Of a stretch of 64,000 nucleotides of DNA, positions 1-11,269 are shown piece by piece. Numbering within the stretch: the first letter of the stretch is position 1; the number at the start of each line of letters is the position of its first letter. The notes beneath the pieces were generated by a model, which did no database searches, was not told the DNA's origin, and was given only the letters and a program-made list of their open reading frames with translations. The DNA is from Antechinus flavipes (Eukaryota), in contig NC_067399.1 in the NCBI RefSeq assembly GCF_016432865.1, forward strand, positions 59,334,001-59,398,000, read 5' to 3'. A program made the translations under genes and the position numbers.

Positions 1-355
1 GCAGAAGAGAAACCGGCCTTGACCAGGAATGCTCTGGGCATGGGGATGAAGGGATTTGATACAGATGAAAGTATCCAAAAGGAAAAAAATGATGAGGTAA
101 CGTAAGCTGTAGTTATTACAGGGATGTTAGCGGGAAAGGAAACTGAAGCCTTTTGTGACTTTCTTATAGACTCACCTAAACAAAAACTGGGGTGAGATTT
201 CTGAGGACACAGTAAATATGGGCTCGAATCACAATGGATTGTAATAGACAGTCCTGAAGCTAATCAGTCTCTGAGCTCACCATGAGCTCACCAAAAAAAG
301 TATTTATTCATCATTAGCATTTCTGTTTGCACAGCTCTAATTATTAGGAGGGACA

Positions 356-606
356 CTAGCTGGTACCCTACTGCACACAGCACCTGACCAGGAATCTAAG
401 ACTCATCATCCCAAATTCAAATACGGTGTCAGACACTTACAAATGTGGGATCCTGGACAAGTCATTTCACCCTGTTTCCCTCAATTTCCTCATCTATAAA
501 ATGAACCAAAAAGGAAATGACAAACCACTCTAGTATCTTTGCCCAGAAAACCCCAGTTGGAATCACAAAGAATTGAATATAATTGAAAAATGACTGAATA
601 ACAACA
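356..606 (+). mobile_element. Mar1-type CORE-SINE (marsupial) with RTE-like tail
   Basis: MIR-like core (caaattcaaat...gacaagtcatttcaccctgtttccctcaatttcctcatctataaaatg) followed by the RTE/Bov-B-like tail ggaaatgacaaaccactctagtatctttgcccagaaaacccc...aatgactgaatacaacaa. Boundaries approximate. Confidence 0.7.
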
Positions 607-719
607 ATTATTTGTTAGAGAATCCTTATATTAAGACAAAATTTGTTTCACTGTAACTTGTGTGGTTGGTCTTTCTTCCATCCTCTTGGAGCCATGCATC
701 ACAATTCTAACACTTTTCC

Positions 720-1450
720 AAATGACAGCCCTTTAAATACTGGAAGACAGCTGTCATGGCCCTTTAAAGTCTTCTCTAGGCTAAACATCCCTTCTACTAA
801 TTCTCATATGACTATGGTCCAGATTTTCTCACCATCATGGCCATTCTCCTGTAGATGTCTTCCAGTTCTTCACGGTCCCTTTTAAAATTTTGTATCCTGA
901 GCTAAACCAAACTCTAGATATGTCCTTATGGTTCTGTAATAGACTGAAAGAATCCAAGAGTTGGCAAGAATCTTAAGATGTCACCTGATTCAATCTTCCC
1001 CTTTTACTAGGTAAATGGACAACCTATGCAGGTCAGTGAGCTGTTTCTTTTCTTACTTATCTCCATAAAGTTTCCCACACACACACTTTTTATTGGGAGA
1101 AAAGAGAATTTACAGAACAAAAAAAAAAAAAAACAAAAAAAAATTATACAACAAAGAACAAGCCCATAATACTTACATTCTTTCATTTTCATATAGCCTT
1201 GGTTGGAAGGGTCTTGGTTGGAAAAGGTCTATAATCCAACCTCCACCTAAATCATGATGCACCTGCCAGGTAGTCCATCTGACTTCTATCTGAAGATCTT
1301 CAGGGATAGGTACTTCACTCTCTCTTGAGGCAGTCCATTCTACTGTTGGAGAGCTCTAATTGTTGAAAGGCATTTTCCCATTTTGATCTAAAATTTGCCC
1401 TGAAAAATTCTACCCACATATCCTCATTCCACCTTTTGAAATCAAGGAAA
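720..1450 (-). mobile_element. Degenerate L3/CR1 LINE fragments
   Basis: Motifs typical of antisense L3 3' ends (ctttaaatactggaagacag...ttctctaggctaaacatccc; ggttggaagggtc...taatccaacc). Old; boundaries approximate. Confidence 0.45.
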
Positions 1451-4065
1451 ATCGCTTCAATTCTCACTCTATAGGATCAGTGTTTATTTAGGGCTATTTT
1501 TGTTCTTTATTAAAATGATTTGTAATCTCCATTAAGCTATAATCAACTCCCATTAGAAAATGCCAAAACTTCAAAAACATTAATTTTTAAAGAAGCATCC
1601 CATCTGGATATTAGCAAAAGAGCCTGTATCCAAGTATACACATCTTGTTCTCTGATAGCACCGTCAAGAACAGGATCCCTAGTGATACTTCCTTTAGTGG
1701 CCTGTGTGATCTAAAAAAATTTTCAAAGATTAAAGCCACTCAAATATTTACCAAACACCTACTATATACAAAACCCCAAGCTAGATGTTCTTATACAAAA
1801 AATAAATAATACAACCCATATTTCAAAGAGTCTGTCCTCTGAATAACAAGGTAAGGACTGATATGGTCATAAAGAAGAAAATTACCCAGCCTTGACTCAG
1901 GAAATCTTCCCCCTAAGTCTCAGCAAGAGATAGTTGTTGGAAGAAAGCCTAGCTGTGCCAGGTTTTCTAGATTAGTCAAGGACCACTGTTTCAAATGCCT
2001 TCAATATATTTAGAAGGATAAAAAAAAAATAATTAAATTACCTAGAATTCTTTCCCCAGCTGATATGATTGAGTTGTGATAGATTACTTCTGTGGGGCAG
2101 GGCAGAGGGAAATAAATGAGCATTCTTTTCCACAGCAAGCCATCCTCATTTGTAAAATGAAGGGTTAGACTAGTAAACAACAATACAAGCTAATAATGAT
2201 CTGAAATCTTCCTAACCCTAGCACCCAAATAACTGAACCATCAAGATGGCTCTGGAGATCTCTCTCAGCTCTCCATCCCTGGTACAGTTCTCACGATTAC
2301 TTTATAGTAACATATCTTCCCCTTAGGGATGGCCTTCCTTAAAAAGGTGTTGTATAGTCACCAGGTCAGTCTGATCTCACATGAATGGTGCTTGAGATAA
2401 AGGACTTTCTTCCTTCCTCTTATACCCGAAAGCTTTGAGATATTTTAAGCAATTTCTCACATTATTTAAGTCAATCCAGAATACATCCATACAGGTCCAA
2501 TTATGAAACCTAAAAATATGATTCTTTCCCTATACCTTGTGATCTTGACCCTAGAATAATTGGTTTTTTCATCTGAATGACTAACAAAACATTAGAAACA
2601 TAGAACATAAAAAGAATGGTAAATCTAATTCTTTTTACTTTTGTATGTAAATATTAGGGAGCTCACATGGGTTTTAAGGGATGAAATCAATATTAAGGTT
2701 ACAAAGTAAAGATATCTATGAGTTGAAAGAAATCTCAGAAGCCATTTAGTCTAATATCTCTAGTCTCTGATTAAGGGAGGAGAAGCCACTACTTCCTTAG
2801 GCCCATTGGACAGCTCTCATTGTCAGAGAGAGGCAGTATTGTTCAGCGATTAGTTGGAAGACTAAAGTCAAGAAGTGGATTCACAGCTACTGTTGCTCCA
2901 AGGGAAATTAGACCCCCAAAACCGTAGTGTGAGAGACTTTGCCAAATGCTAAAATCCAGGTATATTATGCCATGCTATAGCAGCCAGACATATATGTTGC
3001 TTTAAGCTTTGCAAAGAACTTTACATTTTTATCTTCTTTACGCCCCATGAGGGAAAGCTTACAAATACTGTTACATCTGTTTTGCAGATGAGAAAGGTAA
3101 AGCTGAGAAGGTTAAGTGACCTATCCACGGTCTCACAGTTTTTAAAGATGAAATTTGAATCCAGGTCTCTCCTAATTCCAAGCCCAATCTTCTACCACTC
3201 TTCATTCTCCAGATCTACCAGTCCAGTTATCCTGTCAAAGGAAAGGAGGCTGCTCTGTCATGGACTGTTCTGGATGAAGCCATGCTACTATTCAGTGATA
3301 ACTGATTCCTTTTCCAAGTATTTACCAACCAGACTTTGAATAGCGCGCACTTGATTACTGCCAGGAAAATTTGGTCTATAGATTGCATCAACTCTCCCTT
3401 TAAAAAAAATCAGACTCAAATTGGCCCTTCTCCAATTACGCAACCTCTCTCATTCTATAAAATCTTTCTAAGAATCACCGATGACTCAGAATCACAGATC
3501 CAGAGAGGGGGAGGCTTGGCTAGGCAGCAGTTTGTCTGAAAACCATCGTGGGGGTGTAGTGGACAGCAGGCTCCATATAGATCTGCAGTGTAATGTGGCA
3601 GCCACGAAAGCTAGCATGGTCTCGGTCTGCAGCGAGATGGGAATAGTAAGGAGGCAACGGTCTCTGGGGCAGATTCTATTTAGCTCTGGGCCCCCAGTCT
3701 AACATAGGGAGCGTACAGGGGAGAACAGCAAAAATGGCAAAGGGCTTTGAATCATGTCCTATGGATCCATTGGGAAAATGGGAAATGTTTATCCTAGGAG
3801 AGAGAGAGAGTTGGGGGAAAAGTTTGTCATGTGGAATAGCCCTCTTGGGCAAGCTTCATAGTTTCTTCATCATTAAAAAGTCCTCTGAAATTCACTTTAT
3901 TTTTAGATCTGAGATCCATAGTAGCAAAGGAGCAAATTTAGAATGGAGTCAAAAATAATTGAGAGGGAGATGTCCAAGAGTGGGATGAGCTGCTTATCCT
4001 CCTACTATACAACATTATTCTGTCTCGCCACACAGGCATCCGCAAACTTTTATTCTCTTCCTTTT

Positions 4066-4229
4066 TTTTTATTTTAACTTAATTTTTTTTTCTTTACTGA
4101 GGCAATCGGGGTTAAGTAATTAGCCCAGGGTCACACAGCCAGGAAGTGTTTGATGATTGAGGCCAGATTTGGACTCAGGTCCTCCTGACTTCAGGGCTGG
4201 TGCTGTATCCACTGGGCCACTTGGCTGCC
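4066..4229 (-). mobile_element. WSINE1-like tRNA-derived SINE with 16-bp TSD
   Basis: Reverse complement reads ggcagccaagtggcccagtggatacagcaccagccctgaagtcaggaggacctgagtccaaatctggcctc...ttaaccccgattgcctcag plus an A-tail. TSD ttattctcttcctttt at 4050-4065 and 4231-4246. Confidence 0.85.
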
Positions 4230-5766
4230 ATTATTCTCTTCCTTTTAAATAAAATAGACACTTCTAGAGTCATATTGCAAGCATGAGCCCCATCTACCAA
4301 ATTACAATGAAACCTAGAGTTCAAATTTGCCTCCTGACATTAGGCATAATTCTCTATCTAGTTTATAAAATCATAGACTCTTTGTGGTCCTATTTATGTG
4401 TCTGTAGATATGTTTAAGTTTAAGCCTGCACTCACACTTTTAGGACACCCAGAACAACCAGCTGGGTTGGTAGGGAATACAAAAGGCATCTATAATCTAT
4501 CTCCTAGAGTTAAAAATTGGAAGGGACTGTGGAGATCATCTAGTCCAAGCCCTCACTTTACAGAGGAATAAACTGAGGCCCAAAATGGAAGCATTACTGG
4601 CCCAAGGTCACATATTGTTGGAGGCAGAATTCAAAGCTAGGCTTTCTGAATCAATACTGTGCTGTTTGGGAGATGGGGGAGAAAAAAAGAAGGAAACTCA
4701 TCTAATTATGAAATTTCCTTTCAAACTGTCCAATACCTTCACTTGTCCTGGTTGTAGCTCCTTTAGAAAAAGTCATTGAGCCTATAGAGGCTGGGATGAG
4801 AATAAGTGCGAAGTTAGTAGATTTCCTCATTTCTGGCCCTGGATCCTTCTTTGAATTTCTTGGGATATCGTGGCTGATATCATGAATATCAATATTAATC
4901 TACTGAAATATAATCACTGATCCCAGGTAATTCAATGTTTGCTCTTATAGTATATTTTAACATCTCATAGTATAGTATAATAAATAGAATATAACATCTT
5001 ATCATATATTTTAACGTTGTTAAAATATATGATATATGTGTTAAAATATATATACATGTGTGGACTCATAACCAACTTGCTATTCCAAGAACCCTTTGTC
5101 ATTTTTAGATTGATTCAAAATTTAGGGAGGTGGTATGATACAGTGGAAAGAGTGGTAGATGTGAAATCAAAACCTGACTTCAAGTTCTGGTTTTGCTGCT
5201 TATTGCAAAATGTGACTTTCTACGAATTACTGACCCTTTCCAGACCTTAAATTCTTCCTCCATGAAGCAAGGGAATATACTAGATGAACCCCTAAGATTC
5301 CCTCTCAATCCAGTGATCCTTGTTTAAGGGATAAGATATGTATAAAGTTGCTTTAAAGCATATCAGAAGCCTAGCAGATGTCACATTGTGAAGCTGTTTA
5401 TTCTGAGAATGCAGAGAATGAAAAATAAATGATTTAACGGTGACATTTCAATCAGGTTTTTAGACCCACAAAACCCACGGAACTCACAATTGTCAGTCCC
5501 GAGAGCCTTCATCTCATCAGTTAGAATATTTTTAGCACATGGGACTTAATGGGTATTTTTTTTTTCCTCTTTTGAGTGGACCAATGAATGAACAGAAATT
5601 AAAGAGAAGCCTTGATAAGCCAAAGTCCATTAAGAAATGCTTGGGGAATTGATTAAATGCAGACTTTTAAAACTACATTTTTAAAAGCTCACTGCTTTTC
5701 TGTATGGCTTTTCAGACAGCTACTTAATAAACATTAAGGACAAAATTCATTTTTTTATCTCCACAG

Positions 5767-6030
5767 CTCTCCCCCAGGCACAGTATGGACCCTTGCAATG
5801 AACAATGACTGACCTTGGAGGATTGCAGAGGCCCAAAGAACAGAGCAATAGACCCCTTTTCTATGGTCTGGTTGCCCATCTTTTTTGGAGGTGACGACTT
5901 TCATCAGCAAACCCAGTACTGACAACCATTCCTTGCCCTTCCCCCTCACCCTCAACCCACTAGCTTGGACCACTCATCGTCCTGGACACCATGTAGTAGG
6001 GCTTCAACGGGGCGTGACAACTGAGTTGCA
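5767..6030 (+). other. SMPD3: Probable 5' UTR portion of the first coding exon of SMPD3
   Basis: Pyrimidine tract plus CAG (ttttttatctccacag, AG at 5765-5766) is the best acceptor upstream of the ATG. An alternative acceptor is cccccag at 5777. Exon start not proven. Confidence 0.45.
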
Positions 6031-7395
6031 ATGGTTTTACACACTTCCCCATTTCCCTGCTGCTGTCTGTCCCTTCTGCATAGAATTTCTTGGGCTCTGA
6101 TCTTCCCATTTTACTGGCTTATGGACAAATTCGTGGCCTCCTTGATACCGACTACCAATGAGAAGTGCCAAAGGGGCTCCCTGTGCTGGGTCCTCCGCTT
6201 CATCTTCACCGCCCCCATTTACTCGGCCCTCTGCCTTCTCTCAGTCCCCAGTGCCATCTGCGGGTTTCTCCTGTGGAACCCACTGCAGCTATGTAGGCGG
6301 CCGTACATCTACTCCAGGCTGGAGGACAAGGGTCAGGCCGGTGGAAGCATCCTGCTCAACGAATGGAAGGCCACGGGCCCCGGGAAGAGCTTCTGCTTCG
6401 GCACTGCCAACGTCTGTCTCCTCCCTGAATGCATGGCCAGGGTGAACAACCTCTCCAACACGCAAGCCCGCGCCAAAGAAATCGGGCAGAGAATCCGGAA
6501 CGGGGCCAGTCGGCCCCAGATCAAAATCTACATAGACTCCCCAACCAACACTTCTATCAGCGCGGCGAGCTTCAGCAGCCTGGCGTCCCCCCAGGGCGGC
6601 GATGGTCCTAACAAAGCCGTCCCCGCGGGCATCAAGAGAACAACCTCCATGGAGTACAAGGGGGACAACGGCAGCCCCAACAACAGCGAGGAGCACAGGA
6701 ACCCCAAAGCCGGCGGCGACTTCCATGAAGCCGAAGACAACGCCTGCATCATCCGGATCGGGGGAGAGGACGGCGGCCAGCTGTCTGACCCAGAAGCCGA
6801 TGGCACTGGGGACTGCCAGATGGAGACCCCTCCGGAGAACAAAGCCGAGGGCCAGAAGGGCCAGACCCCCAACCACAAGGCAAAGGATGGGGACGCTGGA
6901 AGCTTAGACAGCTACACGGCTTCCCGGGAGTCCCTGGTGAAGGTCCGCATCGGGGACAGCCCCACGGAGCAAGGGTCCGTCAACAACAAGCTGCTCCACA
7001 AGACCTCCATGCTCAAGAAGACCTCCCTGCGCAAAAAGAAGCATACGGACGAGATCTTTGACCATGAGATCTCTGCCTTTTTCCCTGCCAACTTGGACTT
7101 CCTGTGCTTGCAGGAAGTGTTTGACAAAAGGGCGGCTGGGAAGTTGAAAGACCAGCTCCACCAATATTTTGAGTACATTCTGTACGATGTCGGGATCTAC
7201 GGCTGCTGCTGCTCCTGTAAGATCCTGAACAGCTGCTGCCCTTGCAAGAGCCTCAGCAGCTCCTGCCCCTGTAAGATCCTGAACAGCGGCCTCCTTTTTG
7301 CCAGCCGCTACCCAGTCATGGATGCTGTCTATCACTGTTACCCCAACGGAGGAGGGACTGACGCCTTTTCTTCAAAGGGAGCCTTGTTTGTTAAG
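6031..7395 (+). CDS. SMPD3: Neutral sphingomyelinase 2, coding exon 1 (455 codons; N-terminal membrane domain, insertion region, start of catalytic domain)
   Basis: MVLHTSPFP...SWALIFP...RRPYIYSRL...TANVCLLP...RPQIKIYIDSP...DFLCLQEVFD...SGLLFASRYP...SKGALFVK matches nSMase2. Strong Kozak (gcaATGg). Donor AAG|gtaagg at 7396, phase 0. Confidence 0.98.
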
Positions 7396-7643
7396 GTAAG
7401 GATCTCTTCTCCTTGCAGCTTCCCCCTGGCTAGACTGCCCTCGGATAAGGAAGCCCTCCTTTTCCCCCCTTCCTGGGCATCAGCCTGGGGGAGCAGGTTC
7501 TGACCCACCAGCTGACCTAAATCAAGGTACTTCCCCTCCTCTAACAAGAACTCCCAAGGGTCTGTGGCTGTGCTGCAGGTGAGGCTTAGGAGGTTATAGA
7601 CGGTGATCAGGAAATCTCACCCACACGCCCATTGCAAATCTGC

Positions 7644-9935
7644 AAAATGGTGAGCAGGGAGCTGCTCCTGTGCATGAGAACGCTCTTCCTTAGCCAGAAA
7701 TGGTGAGCAGGGAGCTGCTCCTGTGCATGGAGAACGCTCTTCCTTAGCCAGAAATGGTGAGCAGGGAGCTGCTCCTGTGCATGAGAACGCTCTTCCTTAG
7801 CCAGAAATGGTGAGCAGCGAGATGGTCCTGTGCATGGAGAACGCTCTTCCTTAGCCAGAAATGGTGAGCCTGGAGCTGCTCCTGTGCATGAGAACGCTCT
7901 TCCTTAGCCAGAAATGGTGAGCAGCGAGCTGCTCCTGTGCACGGAGAACGCTCTTGGATAGCCAGAAATGGTGAGCAGCGAGCTGCTCCTGTGCAGGAGA
8001 ATGCTCTTCCTTAGCCAGAAATGGTGAGCAGCGAGCTGCTCCTGTGCATGAGAACGCTCTTCCTTAGCCAGAAATGGTGAGCAGCGAGCTGCTCCTGTGC
8101 ATGAGAACGCTCTTCCTTAGCCAGAAATGGTGAGCAGCGAGCTGCTCCTGTGCATGAGAACGCTCTTCCTTAGCCAGAAATGGTGAGCATGGAGCTGCTC
8201 CTGTGCATGAGAACGCTCTTCCTTAGCCAGAAATGGTGAGCAGGGAGCTGCTCCTGTGCATGGAGAACGCTCTTCCTTAGCCAGAAATGGTGAGCAGCGA
8301 GCTGCTCCTGTGCAGGAGAATGCTCTTCCTTAGCCAGAAATGGTGAGCCGCGAGCTGCTCCTGTGCAGGAGAATGCTCTTCCTTAGCCAGAAATGGTGAG
8401 CAGCGAGCTGCTCCTGTGCATGAGAACGCTCTTCCTTAGCCAGAAATGGTGAGCAGAGAGTTGCTCCTGTACATGGAGAACGCTCTTCCTTAGCCAGAAA
8501 TGGTGAGCAGCGAGCTGGCTCCTGTGTACGGAGAACGCTCTTCCTTAGCCAGAAATGGAGAGCAGAGAGTTGCTCCTGTGCATGAGAACGCTCTTGCATA
8601 GCCAGAAATGGTGAGCAGCGAGCTGGCTCCTATGCATGAGAACGCTCTTCCTTAGCCAGAAATGGTGAGCAGCGAGCTGGCTCCTGTGCATGAGAACGCT
8701 CTTCCTTAGCCAGAAATGGTGAGCAGGGAGCTGCTCCTGTGCATGAGAACGCTCTTCCTTAGCCAGAAATGGTGAGCAGCGAGCTGGCTCCTGTGTACGG
8801 AGAACGCTCTTCCTTAGCCAGAAATGGAGAGCAGAGAGTTGCTCCTGTGCATGAGAACGCTCTTGCATAGCCAGAAATGGTGAGCAGCGAGCTGGCTCCT
8901 ATGCATGAGAACGCTCTTCCTTAGCCAGAAATGGTGAGCAGCGAGCTGGCTCCTGTGCATGGAGAACGCTCTTGCATAGCCAGACATGGTGAGCAGGGAG
9001 CTGCTCCTGTGCACTGAGAACGCTCTTCTTAGCCAGAAATGGTGAGCAGCGAGCTGCTCTTGTGCATGAGAACGCTCTTCCTTAGCCAGAAATGGTGAGC
9101 AGCGAGCTGGCTCCTGTGCATGAGAACGCTCTTGCATAGCCAGAAATGGTGAGCAGCGAGCTGCTCCTGTGCATGAGAACGCTCTTCCTTAGCCAGAAAT
9201 GGTGAGCAGCGAGCTGCTCTTGTGCATGGAGAACGCTCTTCCTTAGCCAGAAATGGTGAGCAGCGAGCTGGCTCTGTGCATGAGAACGCTCTTGCATAGC
9301 CAGACATGGTGAGCAGGGAGCTGCTCCTGTGCACTGAGAACGCTCTTCTTAGCCAGAAATGGTGAGCAGCGAGCTGCTCTTGTGCATGAGAACGCTCTTC
9401 CTTAGCCAGAATGGTGAGCAGCGAGCTGGCTCCTGTGCATGAGAACGCTCTTGCATAGCCAGAAATGGTGAGCAGCGAGCTGCTCCTGTGCATGAGAACG
9501 CTCTTCCTTAGCCAGAAATGGTGAGCAGCGAGCTGCTCTTGTGCATGGAGAACGCTCTTCCTTAGCCAGAAATGGTGAGCAGCGAGCTGGCTCCTGTGCA
9601 TGAGAACGCTCTTGCATAGCCAGACATGGTGAGCAGGGAGCTGCTCCTGTGCACTGAGAACGCTCTTCTTAGCCAGAAATGGTGAGCAGCGAGCTGCTCT
9701 TGTGCATGAGAACGCTCTTCCTTAGCCAGAAATGGTGAGCAGGGAGCTGCTCCTGTGCATGAGAACGCTCTTCCTTAGCCAGAAATGGTGAGCAGGGAGC
9801 TGCTCCTGTGCACTGAGAACGCTCTTCCTTAGCCAGAAATGGTGAGCAGGGAGCTGCTCCTGTGCATGAGAACGTTCTTCCTTAGCCAGAAATGGTGAGC
9901 AGTGAGCTGCTCCTGTGCATGGAGAACGCTCTTCT
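7644..9935. repeat. Intronic minisatellite/VNTR, 53-bp unit, ~43 copies
   Basis: Consensus aaatggtgagcagcgagctgctcctgtgcatgagaacgctcttccttagccag. Period 53 verified at 8041/8094. Units vary by substitutions and 1-nt indels. Confidence 0.97.
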
Positions 9936-10624
9936 GGAGACTTTGTTTAAATGAGGATTGATATGGAGAGCTAGTGCAGATTAAAGGTGGTAAATTTGAT
10001 AGATTGGAATTTCAGGGGCCTTCAAGTCCATTAAAATTTCCCATTAATTTGGTCTTTAATTGATGTGTTTCATTAGGTTTGTACTTTCCCAACTGCTTTC
10101 TAAAAGAGGCACACACATCATTATATGGCTGCTTTGGGGGAGGTTCTGCCTACTACAATGTGGCTTCATTTAAACAGTAATTAATTGAAATTAATAATTG
10201 TTTCTTTTAATTTAAATGTAATTGGGGGAGTTTTTAGGTCATGATAATTTGGCCATTATGTATTGTCTTCTCACTGAGCATGAGAAATTTGTTTCCCTCC
10301 ACCCCCTCTATACTTTGTCAAGTTATATTTAAGGTTTTTTTTCCATTTTCTCAAAGAATTATTTCTTCTCTCTATTATGTGATCATAATTTTTGATATCA
10401 GAGGCTAGAAGGAATGGTTTTATTATTGCTAATATTTAAATTATTATTTAAATTTTCACCATTAATTAAAGGTCTCTTTATAGTTACAAAGCACTTTGTT
10501 TACAGTTTTTCATTCAGTCCTCAAAATAGCATTACAAATAGAGCAAGAAGAATTATTGTCATTTTTCAGGTGAGGAAACTGAGGATGACAGAAAAATGAC
10601 CTGTGCATTGTCACACTGATTAGT

Positions 10625-11269
10625 TTTTTTTTAAAAGCTTTTTTATTTTTCAAAACATTCTTTTTGCTCTATTTGTAATGCTATTGTGTTCCAATTTTCA
10701 CCCCTTCTCCCACATCCTCCCCTAGATGGCAAGTAGTCCATTATGTGTTAAACATGTAGAAATAGATATTAAATCCAATATATGCATACATATTTCTACA
10801 ATTATCATGCTGCTCAAGAAAAATCAAATCAAACCAGTAAAGAAAAAAATAAGAGGAGCAAAATAAAATGCAAGCAAATAACAATAGAGAAAATGAGAAT
10901 GCTATGTTGTGATCCATACTCAGTTCCTCTCTCTGGGTATAGATGGCTCTCTTCATCACTGAACTATTGGAACTGGTTGAATTATCTCATTGTTGAAGAG
11001 AACCATGTCCATCAGAATACATCCTCATACAGTATCATTGTTGAAGTATATAATGATCTCCTGGTTCTGCTCATTTCACTTAACATCAGTTCATGTAAGT
11101 CTCTCCAATCCTCTGTTTTCATCCTGCTGGTCATTTCTTACAGAACAATAATATTCCATAACATTCATATATCACAATTTATTCAGCCACTCCTCTAATG
11201 ATGGGCATCCACTCAGTTTCCAATTCCTTGCCACCACAAAGAGGGCTGCCACAAAGGTTTCTGCCCACG
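10625..11269 (-). mobile_element. 5'-truncated L1 (end of ORF2 plus 3' UTR) with 16-bp TSD, inserted in a MIR
   Basis: Poly-T at 10625. Reverse complement gives the ORF2 end (FVAALFVVARNWKLSGCPS-like) and a marsupial L1 3' UTR. TSD tgtcacactgattagt at 10609-10624 and 11270-11285. MIR sequence on both sides. Confidence 0.9.

Noticed and set aside
1-106. Possible donor sites (GAG|gtaacg at 97, aac|gtaagc at 102) for an upstream non-coding SMPD3 exon
   Set aside because: No acceptor or transcript evidence in the window; donor-like motifs are common.
7396-7503. Extension of the ORF-track protein to 490 aa (…VKVRISSPCSF…)
   Set aside because: Read-through past the canonical AAG|gtaagg donor; the spliced frame continues perfectly at 22704.
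6289-7547. Several 60-195 aa antisense or alternate-frame ORFs over SMPD3 exon 1
   Set aside because: Shadows of GC-rich coding sequence; no recognisable product.
7644-9935. CRISPR-like array of palindromic repeats, and the minus-strand repetitive ORFs (8330-9617)
   Set aside because: Units are head-to-tail with no unique spacers and there are no cas genes in this vertebrate intron. The ORFs are translations of a 53-bp (non-multiple-of-3) repeat.
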